Source: an uncultured Actinomycetota bacterium
GTDB taxonomy: Bacteria > Actinomycetota > Thermoleophilia > RBG-16-64-13
Reading direction: 5' to 3'
DNA length: 64,000 nt
Assembly (NCBI GenBank): GCA_963783835.1
Contig: CAWAOX010000011.1
Span: 1,859 to 65,858 of the forward strand
Shown here: one piece after another, positions 20,013 to 29,548 of the stretch
Numbering within the stretch: position 1 is the first letter of the stretch
Layout: each line of letters begins with the position of its first letter
Notes under the pieces: model-generated
What the model was told of the DNA's origin: nothing
Database searches by the model: none
The model's input: only the letters and a program-made list of their open reading frames with translations
Translations under genes and position numbers: made by a program

Positions 20013-21368
20013 ATGGCCACCATCGATCGCCACCTGCTTCAGACCCGCCTGGCCGACGAGCGCCGCCGTTTCGTGGACATCCACCCCAGATCCGCGCAAC
20101 TGGCCGCGCAGGCCAAGGAGAACCTACTCACCGGTGTTCCGATGGCCTGGATGACGCGCTGGGCCGGGAGCTTCCCTCTGTTCATGGACTCGGCGGTCGG
20201 CGCCCGGGTGACTGACGTCGACGGCAACGAGTACATCGACTTCGCCCTCGGCGACACCGGCGCAATGACGGGCCACGGCCTGCCATTCCTGGCGGACGTC
20301 TTGGCTGAGAGAGCACGCCGCGGCATCACCACGATGCTGCCCACCGAGGACGCCATCTGGGTAGCCGGCGAGCTGAAGCGGCGTTTTGGCCTGCCCCTCT
20401 GGCAACTGGCCCTTACCGCCACCGATGCCAACCGGTTCGCCCTTCGCATCGCCCGCTATCTCACCGGCCGCCCGAAGATCCTGGTCTTCGATTGGTGCTA
20501 CCACGGCAGCGTCGACGAGACCCTCGTCACCATGGGCCCCTTGGGCGAGACCGAACTGCGCGGATCGAACATCGGTGCGCAAGTCCACCCGTCACTGACC
20601 ACCAAGGTGATCGAGTTCAACGACATTCCCGCCTTGGAGGCCGCCCTGGCGCCCGGCGATGTCGCATGCGTATTGGCCGAGCCCGCTCTGACCAACATCG
20701 GTATCGTCTTGCCCGATCCCGGCTACCACGACGCTTTGCGGCAGATCTGCCGGCGAACCGGCACCCTGCTGATCATCGACGAGACCCACACCATCAGCGC
20801 CGGCCCTGGAGGAGCGACGGCCGCCTGGGGCCTGCAGCCGGACATGCTCACCATCGGGAAACCGATCGCCGGCGGCATCCCGGCGGCCGCCTACGGTATG
20901 ACCGCGGACATCGGCGCCGGGCTCGATGACTTCTTCAGCAGCGAAGGCGTCGATGTCAGCGGCATCGGGGGCACTTTGGCCGGGAACGCGCTCTCGGTCG
21001 CCGCGATCAGAGTCACCCTGGGTCACGCGCTTCGCGAACGCGACTACGACATCGCCATCCCGCTCGCCAAGCGCTGGACGGACGGCGTCGCCGCGGTGAT
21101 CGCGAGTTGCGCTCTGCCCTGGACGGTCCAGCGGCTGGGATGCCGGGGAGAGTACTGGTTCTGCGAGCCCCCGCGCAACGGTGCACAAGCCGCGGCGGCG
21201 ATAGACCCCGAATTGGAGGCATGGTTTCACCTGTTTATGATGAACAATGGAGTCTTGCTGACCCCGTTCCACAACATGGCCCTTCTATCCTCCAGCCATG
21301 TGGCCGCCGACGTGGACCGGCATACCGAGATCTTCGCGGACGCGGTCGAGCAGGTCCTGGCCCGATGA
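20013..21368 (+). CDS. class III PLP aminotransferase, glutamate-1-semialdehyde aminomutase-like
   Basis: IIDETHT is present, with the PLP-lysine context [10 protein letters not shown]. Length is 451 aa. Confidence 0.88.
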   Translation: MATIDRHLLQTRLADERRRFVDIHPRSAQLAAQAKENLLTGVPMAWMTRWAGSFPLFMDSAVGARVTDVDGNEYIDFALGDTGAMTGHGLPFLADVLAERARRGITTMLPTEDAIWVAGELKRRFGLPLWQLALTATDANRFALRIARYLTGRPKILVFDWCYHGSVDETLVTMGPLGETELRGSNIGAQVHPSLTTKVIEFNDIPALEAALAPGDVACVLAEPALTNIGIVLPDPGYHDALRQICRRTGTLLIIDETHTISAGPGGATAAWGLQPDMLTIGKPIAGGIPAAAYGMTADIGAGLDDFFSSEGVDVSGIGGTLAGNALSVAAIRVTLGHALRERDYDIAIPLAKRWTDGVAAVIASCALPWTVQRLGCRGEYWFCEPPRNGAQAAAAIDPELEAWFHLFMMNNGVLLTPFHNMALLSSSHVAADVDRHTEIFADAVEQVLAR

Positions 21369-22177
21369 CTGCCAATGCGGTCCCGGAACCGTCGAAGTTG
21401 TTCGACTTGAGCGGGCAGACCGCCCTGGTGACCGGAGCGGGTAGCACGGAAGGCATCGGGATCGCAGCCGCTCGGCTCCTGGGCAGGATGGGCGCCGCCG
21501 TCGCGATCACTTCCACGACGCAGCGGATCCATCAGCGCGTCGAGGAGTTGACGCGCGAGGGCATCATGGCCATGGGCTTCGTCGCCGATCTGACCTCCGA
21601 GACCGACGTGGCCGCTCTCGCGGCTGCGGTTCAGGCTTGGCGACCAGCCGTGGACGTGGTCGTCAACAACGCAGGCATGGTCTCCCAGATCAGCGGGTGG
21701 GACGCCGAGAAACCCCTGGAGGAGCTCACGCTCGCCGAATGGGACGCCGCTTTGGCCCGCAACCTCCGCACCGCCTTCTTGGTGACCCGGGCGTTCCTCC
21801 CCGGGATGAAGACGCGCGGATACGGGCGGATCGTCCTTGTCTCGTCCACCACCGGCACTGTGGGGGCGATGCCGTTCCAGTCCACCTATGCGACCGCCAA
21901 AGCGGCCCTCACCGGTCTCGCCCGTTCGCTTGCCGTCGAATTGGCTCGCGACGGCATAACCGTGAACGCGGTGGGACCAGGATGGATCGCGACCGCCTCC
22001 GCCACCCCCGCCGAAGCGGAGGCAGCCCTGGCCTCACCCATGCGCCGTGCCGGCACGCCCGCCGAAGTGGCCGCGACTATCGCCTTCCTGGCTTCACCGG
22101 CGGCCTCTTACGTGACCGGTCAGCTAGTGGTGGTCGACGGAGGCAACGCCCTGATAGAGGACAAGGCACACGTCTGA
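21365..22177 (+). CDS. SDR-family oxidoreductase (FabG-like)
   Basis: [14 protein letters not shown] and YATAK motifs are present. The ATG at 21365 overlaps the upstream stop (ATGA); the 5' part of the track ORF is out-of-gene. Confidence 0.9.
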   Translation: MTANAVPEPSKLFDLSGQTALVTGAGSTEGIGIAAARLLGRMGAAVAITSTTQRIHQRVEELTREGIMAMGFVADLTSETDVAALAAAVQAWRPAVDVVVNNAGMVSQISGWDAEKPLEELTLAEWDAALARNLRTAFLVTRAFLPGMKTRGYGRIVLVSSTTGTVGAMPFQSTYATAKAALTGLARSLAVELARDGITVNAVGPGWIATASATPAEAEAALASPMRRAGTPAEVAATIAFLASPAASYVTGQLVVVDGGNALIEDKAHV

Positions 22178-22187
22178 CTCCCGTGCC

Positions 22188-23042
22188 TCACGCCCCCACG
22201 GTGATGTTGTCGATCAGCCTCGTCTTGCCGAACCAGACGGCTATGGCGATCAGGCAGGGACCGGCAAGGACGTCGAGCGAGGTCAGGTCGTTTGAATCCA
22301 CGATCTCCACGTAGTCGATCTTCGCCAGGTCCGCCTCGGCGAGCACCGCGCAGATCTCGCCCTTGAGCCGCCCGGCGTCACGCTCCCCGTTCTCGACAAG
22401 CGTCAGCGCCGCCGACAGAGCGCGCTAGAGCACGGGGGCCTGTGCCCGTTCCTCCGCAGAGAGCCGGGCGTTCCGCGAGCTGAGGGCGAGGCCGTCGGGC
22501 TCGCGGACGGTGGCACAAGGCACTATCACCACGTGCATGTCCAGATCCCTCACCATCTTCTTGATCACGGCGAGCTGCTGAGCGTCCTTCTCGCCGAAGT
22601 ACGCCCGGTCCGGCCCACAGATGTTGAAGAGCTTGGCAACGACCGTGCAAACGCCCCGGAAGTGGTCGGGCCGCGCAGCTCCGCACAATCCCTGGGTAAG
22701 CCCTTCCACGTCCACCCATGTGGAGAAGCCCTTCGGGTACATCTCCCTCACCGCCGGGCCGAAGACGAGGTCGGCGCCGGCGGAACCCGCCAACTGCAGG
22801 TCCCGCGCGAGATCCCGGGGATAGATATCCAGGTCCTCACCCGCGCCGAACTGCGTGGGGTTGACGAAGATCGACACGGCGACAAGGTCGTTCTCGGCGC
22901 GCGCCTTGCGGATCAGGGAGAGGTGCCCCTCATGGAGGGATCCCATGGTTGGGACAAGCCCGATGGTCCCGCCGCGACTCCGAGCCTCTGCGACCACCGA
23001 CTTGACGCCGGCGATCGTCTCGATGCACGAGATGCCGGCCAT
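22188..23042 (-). pseudogene. panC: pantoate--beta-alanine ligase interrupted by an in-frame TAG at 22425..22427
   Basis: Track ORF 22425..23042 stops after ...[18 protein letters not shown]. The same frame then continues without a shift as RALSAALTLVENGERDAGRLKGEICAVLAEADLAKIDYVEIVDSNDLTSLDVLAGPCLIAIAVWFGKTRLIDNITVGA, ending at TGA 22188..22190. That is the normal PanC C-terminal domain. Confidence 0.88.
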
Positions 23043-24031
23043 CAGCTGTGGGCGCCCGGCGCGGTGTCGGCCCCCGCGGCTCGCCCGGCCCGATCGGAAA
23101 CCGACGGCGCTCCTCCCAGGCCCTCAGCCGCCCGAACCGCCCTGCGGATGCTCACGGCCACCGCTTCGGCTGCGGCCACCCCCACCTGGAACACGTTGCT
23201 CGTCCGGCGGCCGGTCGCCATCACGAAGACGCAGTCGCCGTCCCGGGGCGTGTGGACGGGGTCGATCGCCCGGGCCATGCCGTCATGAGCCATGCGGGCG
23301 ACGATGGCGCACTGCAGTTTGTCGAGTGCGGCGTCGGTCATGACCACCCCCAGGGTGGTACTTTCGATGGCGCCGAACACCGGCGCCGTAGTCATCGCGA
23401 GCAGCGAAGCCTTGCTGCCGGCGAATCCGACTCCGCGGCGCGCCCCCGCGAGTATCTCCCCCCGCTCGTCCAGAACGTCGCCCAGCGCGTTGACCACGGT
23501 CAGCGCGCTCACGGTCACGCCTCCGCCGATGTCCACGGAGGCCAGGCCCACCCCGCCTTTCATCAGTCCCTCGAAGTTGAGCAGCTTGCCGACCGTCGCC
23601 CCCGTACCGGCGCCAACCGACCCCTCCTCAACAGTCGACCCGGCGGAGGCAGCGGCCTGGTAGGCTTCCCGGGCGCGCGGGCACGCCTCGGCACTCCCGA
23701 GGCCAAGATCGTAGATGACTGCCGCGGCGACGAGCGGGATCTTCGCGAACGGGGTCTGGTAGCCGTGGCCGCCCTCCTGGAGAAAGGCGGTGACCCCGGC
23801 GGCCGCCGCGAGCCCCGGTGCGCTGCCACCCGTCAGAAGGACGGCGTGCAATTCCGCGACCGAAGCGTACGGAGACAGTAGGGCGGTCTCCAAGGTCCCA
23901 GGAGCTCCTCCCCGGATGTCGACCGACGCGACCACCCCCCGGGGAGCCAGCACGGCGGTGCAGCCGGTCAGTCCCTCCCGGTCGGAGTAATGACCGATGG
24001 AGATACCTTCGAGCGAGAGTTCGGCCCCCAT
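23042..24031 (-). CDS. S58 (DmpA/BapA-type, P1 family) aminopeptidase
   Basis: [23 protein letters not shown] and the self-processing region [10 protein letters not shown] are present. Its stop overlaps the panC start by 1 nt. Confidence 0.82.
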   Translation of the reverse strand: MGAELSLEGISIGHYSDREGLTGCTAVLAPRGVVASVDIRGGAPGTLETALLSPYASVAELHAVLLTGGSAPGLAAAAGVTAFLQEGGHGYQTPFAKIPLVAAAVIYDLGLGSAEACPRAREAYQAAASAGSTVEEGSVGAGTGATVGKLLNFEGLMKGGVGLASVDIGGGVTVSALTVVNALGDVLDERGEILAGARRGVGFAGSKASLLAMTTAPVFGAIESTTLGVVMTDAALDKLQCAIVARMAHDGMARAIDPVHTPRDGDCVFVMATGRRTSNVFQVGVAAAEAVAVSIRRAVRAAEGLGGAPSVSDRAGRAAGADTAPGAHS

Positions 24032-24060
24032 GTCGTCCCCGGCTCTTCTCGCGTCCGGGC

Positions 24061-25365
24061 CTAGCGGGAGTTCTTCCTCATCTGGTCGAGGAACTCCGTG
24101 TTGGACTTGGTCTCCTTGAGCTTCTGGATGAGCAGTTCGATGGCGGCGTTCGGATCAAGGGCGTGGAGCACCGACCGCAACTTCCAGACCATCTTGGCCT
24201 CGGCGGCATCCATAAGGAGCTCTTCCTTCCTGGTGCCGGAATTCTCGATATCGATGGCCGGGAAGATCCGCTTGTTCGCCAGTTGACGGGTCAGCCGGAC
24301 CTCCCAGTTGCCGGTACCCTTGAACTCCTCGAAAATGACCTCGTCCATGCGCGACCCGGTCTCGACGAGCGCCGTGGCAAGGATGGTGAGCGAGCCCCCC
24401 TCCTCGATGTTCCGGGCCGCCCCGAAGAACTTCTTGGGCGGATAGAGCGCGGTCGAGTCGACCCCGCCTGAGAGGATACGGCCGCTGGCGGGCGCCTGCA
24501 GGTTGTAGGCCCGGGCCATCCTGGTGATGGAGTCGAGGAGCACCACGACGTCCCTGCCCACTTCAACCAGGCGCTTGACCCGCTCCAGCACCAGCTCGGT
24601 GACCTGCACGTGGTTCTCGCCGGGCATGTCGAAGGTGGAACTGACCACCTCGCCCGTCACCGTGCGCTCCATGTCGGTGACCTCTTCCGGCCGCTCGTCG
24701 ACGAGCAGCACCAGCAGGTGCACCTCGGGGTTGTTGGTCGCGATCGCATGGGCGAGGTCTTTGAGGATGGTGGTCTTCCCTGCCTTGGGGGGAGATACGA
24801 TCAGACCGCGCTGGCCCTTGCCCAGAGGGCTCATGATGTCCATGACCCGGGCCGAGAGACGGTCGGGGGTGGTCTCGAGCCTCAGGCGCTCGTCGGGGAA
24901 GAGAGGCGTCAGCGAGTCGAACGTGGGGCGATGGCGCGCTTGCTCGGGATCCATGCCGTTGACGGTCTGGATCTTGAGGAGGGCATGGTACTTCTCGTTG
25001 TCACGCGGAGTCCGCACCTGGCCGTTGATCTCGTCGCCCCGGCGTAGCTTGAAGCGCCTTATCTGAGATAGGGACACGTAGATGTCGGAGTCGGACTGGG
25101 TATAGCCCTGAGTGCGCAGGAAGCCGTAGCCGTCCGGGAGGATGTCGAGCAGCCCGGTGCGGAAATGCAGGCCCCTGTCCTGGGACTGCTCGTTCAGGAT
25201 CTTCATGATGAGATCCTGCTTCGAGTACTTGCGGAAGTTCTTGATACCAAGCTCGCCTGCGACCATGTGCAGATCGGACAGAAGCTTGGGCTCTATCTCG
25301 CTCAGGGGGGTCGCCTTTGCCGTCGTGCGGCTTTCTTGTTCGTCGTTCTGGTTCATTCGCAACAA
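24061..25365 (-). CDS. rho: transcription termination factor Rho
   Basis: GYGFLR (RNA-binding domain), Walker [10 protein letters not shown] and the typical C-terminus are present. Confidence 0.97.
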   Translation of the reverse strand: MLRMNQNDEQESRTTAKATPLSEIEPKLLSDLHMVAGELGIKNFRKYSKQDLIMKILNEQSQDRGLHFRTGLLDILPDGYGFLRTQGYTQSDSDIYVSLSQIRRFKLRRGDEINGQVRTPRDNEKYHALLKIQTVNGMDPEQARHRPTFDSLTPLFPDERLRLETTPDRLSARVMDIMSPLGKGQRGLIVSPPKAGKTTILKDLAHAIATNNPEVHLLVLLVDERPEEVTDMERTVTGEVVSSTFDMPGENHVQVTELVLERVKRLVEVGRDVVVLLDSITRMARAYNLQAPASGRILSGGVDSTALYPPKKFFGAARNIEEGGSLTILATALVETGSRMDEVIFEEFKGTGNWEVRLTRQLANKRIFPAIDIENSGTRKEELLMDAAEAKMVWKLRSVLHALDPNAAIELLIQKLKETKSNTEFLDQMRKNSR

Positions 25366-25399
25366 TCTCTTCTTTCGTTGGTTCGTTCTTTGAGCCTGG

Positions 25400-26419
25400 T
25401 CATCTGATCCCGAGAGCCACCATCGGACCCCCGTTCTCGGTACGATGCAACGTCCGTATCGTGCGGATGGCGTGGCAGTTGGAGCACATCACCAGCGTCT
25501 CGGTCTGCACTCCGTCCGGCCGCACGTCGATGCCCCGAAGGAACCTGCCGCCGGTGACCGCTGTGGCCGCGAACAGGACACCATCGCCGGCCATATCAGC
25601 CGTGGTCAGGGGCGTCTCGACGTCGACGAGACCGGTCGCTCGCACCTGCTCCACCTGATGCCTGGAGACCGGCCAGAAGCGTGCGCGTATCTCGCCGCCG
25701 AGGCAACGCAGGGCCGCCGCGGCGATCACCCCTTCGACCGCGCCGCCTATCCCGATGGTCATGTGTACGCCGCTGTTCCGGGAGGCAGCCGCTATGCCGG
25801 CCGAGATGTCACCGTCGGCTATCAGCCTGAGGCGAGCACCCGCGGCTCGTATCTGAGCGGTCAACTCTTCGTGCCGGGGCCTGTCGAGGACGACCACCAC
25901 GAGCTCGCTCGGCGAGCGGCCGAGGGCGGCCGCCACGCGATGGATGTTCTCGCCCACGGACGCGTCGATGTCGACGGCGGCCGCGGCCTGGCCGGCGACG
26001 ATGACCTTCTGCATGTACATCTCTGGTACCCGCATCAGGCTTCTCTCGGGCCCGGCGGCTATCATCGCCAGCGCGCCCTCGGCTCCGCCGGCCAGAGCGT
26101 TCAGGGCTTCGAGGGGCTGCACGACCGCATCCCACACCTGGGTGAGCCCTTCGGCCTCCCGGGCCTCGCCGACCCAAGCTCCTGGGTCGCCGCCCAGCTC
26201 GTCGCCCGGCTGCAGGACGGCCGGCGACCGGCCGCTGCCCCGGCTCGCGACCACCCTGACCTTCACGGGACCCTGCGCAAGCGCGTCCGCCATGGCCATG
26301 CGGGCCGCCAACTCACCGGCCAGCCCATCGGCCCGGCCGATCCATTCCGCCGCCCCCAGAGCGGCCGCCTCGGACACGATCGCAAAACGAGCGCATATGC
26401 AGCGACCCTCAGCGTTCAC
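25400..26419 (-). CDS. GlpX-like (class II fructose-1,6-bisphosphatase family) protein with divergent N-terminal catalytic motifs
   Basis: VLDRPRH, LIADGDISAG and GIGGAVEGV are conserved. The DP[IL][DE]GT position reads QPLEAL and the GEGE loop reads SRGS. GTG start overlaps the upstream gene by 11 nt. Confidence 0.82.
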   Translation of the reverse strand: MNAEGRCICARFAIVSEAAALGAAEWIGRADGLAGELAARMAMADALAQGPVKVRVVASRGSGRSPAVLQPGDELGGDPGAWVGEAREAEGLTQVWDAVVQPLEALNALAGGAEGALAMIAAGPERSLMRVPEMYMQKVIVAGQAAAAVDIDASVGENIHRVAAALGRSPSELVVVVLDRPRHEELTAQIRAAGARLRLIADGDISAGIAAASRNSGVHMTIGIGGAVEGVIAAAALRCLGGEIRARFWPVSRHQVEQVRATGLVDVETPLTTADMAGDGVLFAATAVTGGRFLRGIDVRPDGVQTETLVMCSNCHAIRTIRTLHRTENGGPMVALGIR

Positions 26420-27386
26420 CAGCCGACACCTCAGTCTGTTCGATGACTCCGTACAGTGCGTCCACGACCGTCCCGACCGTGTCGTCGATGCTCATGTTGT
26501 CGACCACCAGCGTGCCCTCCGTGGCCGCCCGCTCGAGTATGAACCCTTGGATCTTCCTGATATCGGCGAACCCCCCCAGATATCGGGCCAGCACCCTCCT
26601 GCCGGAGGTCTGCTGTTCGCGCACCAGGAAATGGCTCCTATGAAGCTCGGGGTCGGTCACCGTCACGACCAGGGGTAGCAACAGTACGTCCGACATGCGT
26701 TCCTCGGCCGCTTCCGGAGCCAGCATCCCCGGCACCATGTGTACCCCTTCGACCACCAGACTCGTCCGCTCCTTGATCGCCCTGTCGATGATGGCCCGCA
26801 CACCCACGGCGACCATCTCGACCTGCTCCATGAACCCCAGCAGACCGGCGTCCAGCCCCGGGCCCACCGGCATCCTCACCGCCATCCCCGCCTCATACGA
26901 CGAGTAGTGGATGGAGGGCATGAGCGTCTTCGAGAAGAACGCCCTCATCGCCTCCCGAATGGAATCGGTGGAGATGATCCTCACGATCCCCAGCCTCTCC
27001 GCGACCTGGGCTGCAATGGTGCTCTTGCCCACTCCCGTCGAGCCGCCGATGAGCACGATGACCGGCCGGTCCTCGGCCGCCATCCGGTTCCAGATCCGGT
27101 ACCGCTGCAGATAGCGGTGCTCCCCACTGTCGGCAAGCACCTTCTCCACCAGAGTGCGGAGCTCGTCCACGCGGACCTCGCGCTCCGCGGCCTGCATCAA
27201 CTGCCACTCCACGTCCATCGCTACCACGTATGCCCGCTGCGGCGAAAGTCCGGTAGAGGTCAGAGCCGTCGCGAGAAGCCCCTTGGAGAACGGGACCTTG
27301 TGCCCCTCGCTCACCAACTGGATGGGAGGCCCCTCGGGCTTCCCGGTCGCCTCGGGCGACTCTTCTGTCCCCATGGGACCGCTCAA
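26409..27386 (-). CDS. 2-phosphoglycerate kinase-like protein (archaeal 2PGK family, COG2074-type)
   Basis: P-loop VLIGGSTGVGKSTIA, followed by IISTDSIREAMR and HYSSYEA. The N-terminal region of about 100 aa resembles an ATP-cone. Confidence 0.78.
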   Translation of the reverse strand: MSGPMGTEESPEATGKPEGPPIQLVSEGHKVPFSKGLLATALTSTGLSPQRAYVVAMDVEWQLMQAAEREVRVDELRTLVEKVLADSGEHRYLQRYRIWNRMAAEDRPVIVLIGGSTGVGKSTIAAQVAERLGIVRIISTDSIREAMRAFFSKTLMPSIHYSSYEAGMAVRMPVGPGLDAGLLGFMEQVEMVAVGVRAIIDRAIKERTSLVVEGVHMVPGMLAPEAAEERMSDVLLLPLVVTVTDPELHRSHFLVREQQTSGRRVLARYLGGFADIRKIQGFILERAATEGTLVVDNMSIDDTVGTVVDALYGVIEQTEVSAGER

Positions 27387-27390
27387 CTCC

Positions 27391-28791
27391 TCACGACCGC
27401 TGCTCGAACCTCTCTCTCGCCCTCGCGGCTAAGCCCAGGGCCAGGGCCTCCAAGCCGCTGCCCTTATCCGGTCCGCTTTCCGGAGAGACTTCCACCGGCA
27501 CGTTGTCCATGAAAATCACCGGGAGACCCCGTGCCGCCGCCTCTTCGGCCACCACGTCGATGGCTGCCGCCTTGATCTCGGTCACCACCGCGTCGACCCT
27601 GCCCATCGCCTCGCTCTGAAGGTCCTGCCTGAGTGCCACGCGATCAGCGAGATGGGTGGAAAACAACTCGACCCGGCATCCCCACCGCTCCTCCAGATGC
27701 CTGCGCAAGACCGCTTTCTGCACCTCCGGCGCCGTGGAGAAACAGGCCACCGTTCGGCCCCGCACGTCTTCGACGGGCTGCGGGCGAAACACGACGGGCA
27801 GCACCGGCATTCCCGGCCGTACCCTCTCCACTGCGTCCCTGACCATCTGGACCTTCTCCCCCGATGCCAGCGGTTCCTCGGCCATCGTCAACACCACCGC
27901 GTCGCTTATGAGCAGCCGATAGGCTCCCAGGTAGCCGGCGATGTCGTCTACCGGCTGCTGCGCCCCCGCCACCAGCAGGCGGACGTCGCTCGCGACCGGC
28001 GGCTGAGCGGCCCCGCTCCCTTCCAGCACGATCAACTCCGGCTGCAGGCTGTTCGCCAGCCGCACTCCATCAGCGACATTGGTCGCGAACGGCTGTCCCG
28101 CCATGCCACCCCCGCAGCGCCGGCACCCGACGGTGACCACTCCGCTGAGGACCGCATCCTCGAAGTGATCGGAGGCCGCGTGACGCCCCTGCCGGCTCCA
28201 GGCAAGCAGGTCCTCGGCTTTCAAGCGCCGCTTGGTCCCATCGATGACCTCGGGCCGCGCCGGTCCACCCCGACCCATAGCCACCACCACGATCCCCGGG
28301 CGCCCCTCCCGCGCAGGGACGGCCGCTTGAAGGACCCGGGCCACGTACCCGCAGATGGCGGTCTTCCCCACTCGCTTGCCGGTGCCGATGATGGCCAACG
28401 AGGGAGTCGCGCAAAGACGTTCGGAAGTCGCGGGGCTGAAGTGGAAATCGGGACCTACGTAGCCCACCTGGCGCGCCAGACTCTTGCTCGCAAGGCGAAA
28501 ACGTTCTGTATATCCTAGCACCGGTTCGTCGCTGAGGTCAACGACCACTTGCGGCCGGTACCGGTCGATGGCCGTGTCGAGCCCACGCGACCAGTCGTCG
28601 TCGAAGATCACCGGCAGCCCATACAGCTTCTCCGCCCCGTCTTCCAGGCCGTCCCGCCGTATCTTCTCGGTGCCTCCGAGGAACAGGGCCGCCCGGAACT
28701 CGAACCGGTCGGCCGCCTGCTGCAGCGCGTCGACGACAACCGGAGGGTAATGCTCGCCGTCGATCAGGACTACGGCGGAGAGCTTCATCAT
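27391..28791 (-). CDS. cpgS: cyclic 2,3-diphosphoglycerate synthetase-like protein
   Basis: About 466 aa starting MMKLSAVVLIDGEHYPPVV, with the P-loop AIIGTGKRVGKTA and overall cDPG synthetase (COG2403-type) layout. The ATG at 28791 overlaps the upstream stop. The first 75 codons of the track ORF are out-of-gene. Confidence 0.78.
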   Translation of the reverse strand: MMKLSAVVLIDGEHYPPVVVDALQQAADRFEFRAALFLGGTEKIRRDGLEDGAEKLYGLPVIFDDDWSRGLDTAIDRYRPQVVVDLSDEPVLGYTERFRLASKSLARQVGYVGPDFHFSPATSERLCATPSLAIIGTGKRVGKTAICGYVARVLQAAVPAREGRPGIVVVAMGRGGPARPEVIDGTKRRLKAEDLLAWSRQGRHAASDHFEDAVLSGVVTVGCRRCGGGMAGQPFATNVADGVRLANSLQPELIVLEGSGAAQPPVASDVRLLVAGAQQPVDDIAGYLGAYRLLISDAVVLTMAEEPLASGEKVQMVRDAVERVRPGMPVLPVVFRPQPVEDVRGRTVACFSTAPEVQKAVLRRHLEERWGCRVELFSTHLADRVALRQDLQSEAMGRVDAVVTEIKAAAIDVVAEEAAARGLPVIFMDNVPVEVSPESGPDKGSGLEALALGLAARARERFEQRS

Positions 28792-29543
28792 CCGGAAGCG
28801 CGATCGAATTCCACGATGCCCTCGCCGCCGTGGAATGGATAGCGCCGCGACACCGTCACGTGCTCGCCCTTGATCTCGACGACGTTGTAGCAGGGCTTCG
28901 TGTCGCCCCGTAGCCGGAGCGTGGCGACGGTACCGGCGTTGACGACATACATGTTCTCCAAACGCCAGGCGTACGGCACGTGCTTGTGGCCCGAGAGTAC
29001 GAGGTCCACTCCGCACTCCGCGAGGACCTCCAGGACGTCACCGGCGTCGTTCACGATGTTGCGTTCCCGTCCCGTGCCGGGGATCGGCAGCAGGTGGTGG
29101 TGGAGCATGAAGATCTTGACGTCGTCAGGACTGTCCATGAACGCTTCCCGGATCCACTGGTACCGGTGCCGGCCGATGCGGCCGTAGTCGAGGTCCGGCT
29201 CGGTGGAGTCAACGCCGAGCAGCGTCACCCCTTGCTTTCGTACGATCATCTGGCGGGTGGCGAACAGCCGCTCGAAATGCGCGTAGCCCACGTTGCGGCT
29301 GTCATGGTTGCCGGGTACCACGATGACGTCCGGGCACGTCAGCCGGTCGAGATACTCGCGCGCCTCCCGAAACTCCTGGCGGTACCCCATATTGGTCAGG
29401 TCGCCGGTGACGGCGACGATGTCGGGACCGAGGTCGTTGACCTCGACCAGCGTCCGGTCCAGCAGGTTGGGCACAAAGTACTGCGAGCCCAGATGCAGGT
29501 CGGACAGGTGAGCGATAACGCACGAGCGGGTCTGATCTCCCAT
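28788..29543 (-). CDS. calcineurin-like metallophosphoesterase
   Basis: DLHLG, GDLTN, GNHD, HHHL and GHKH motifs are present. The ATG at 29543 lies 5 nt after the thrC stop. Confidence 0.85.
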   Translation of the reverse strand: MGDQTRSCVIAHLSDLHLGSQYFVPNLLDRTLVEVNDLGPDIVAVTGDLTNMGYRQEFREAREYLDRLTCPDVIVVPGNHDSRNVGYAHFERLFATRQMIVRKQGVTLLGVDSTEPDLDYGRIGRHRYQWIREAFMDSPDDVKIFMLHHHLLPIPGTGRERNIVNDAGDVLEVLAECGVDLVLSGHKHVPYAWRLENMYVVNAGTVATLRLRGDTKPCYNVVEIKGEHVTVSRRYPFHGGEGIVEFDRASG

Positions 29544-29548
29544 CGTGA

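Noticed and set aside
22425-22427. TAG used as a sense codon (pyrrolysine or genome-wide recoding) to explain the panC amber codon.
   Set aside because: TAG terminates several well-delimited genes in the same window (pfkB at 1781, thrC at 29549, UDG at 15641, the Roadblock gene at 10040). No pyl genes or PYLIS-like context is evident.
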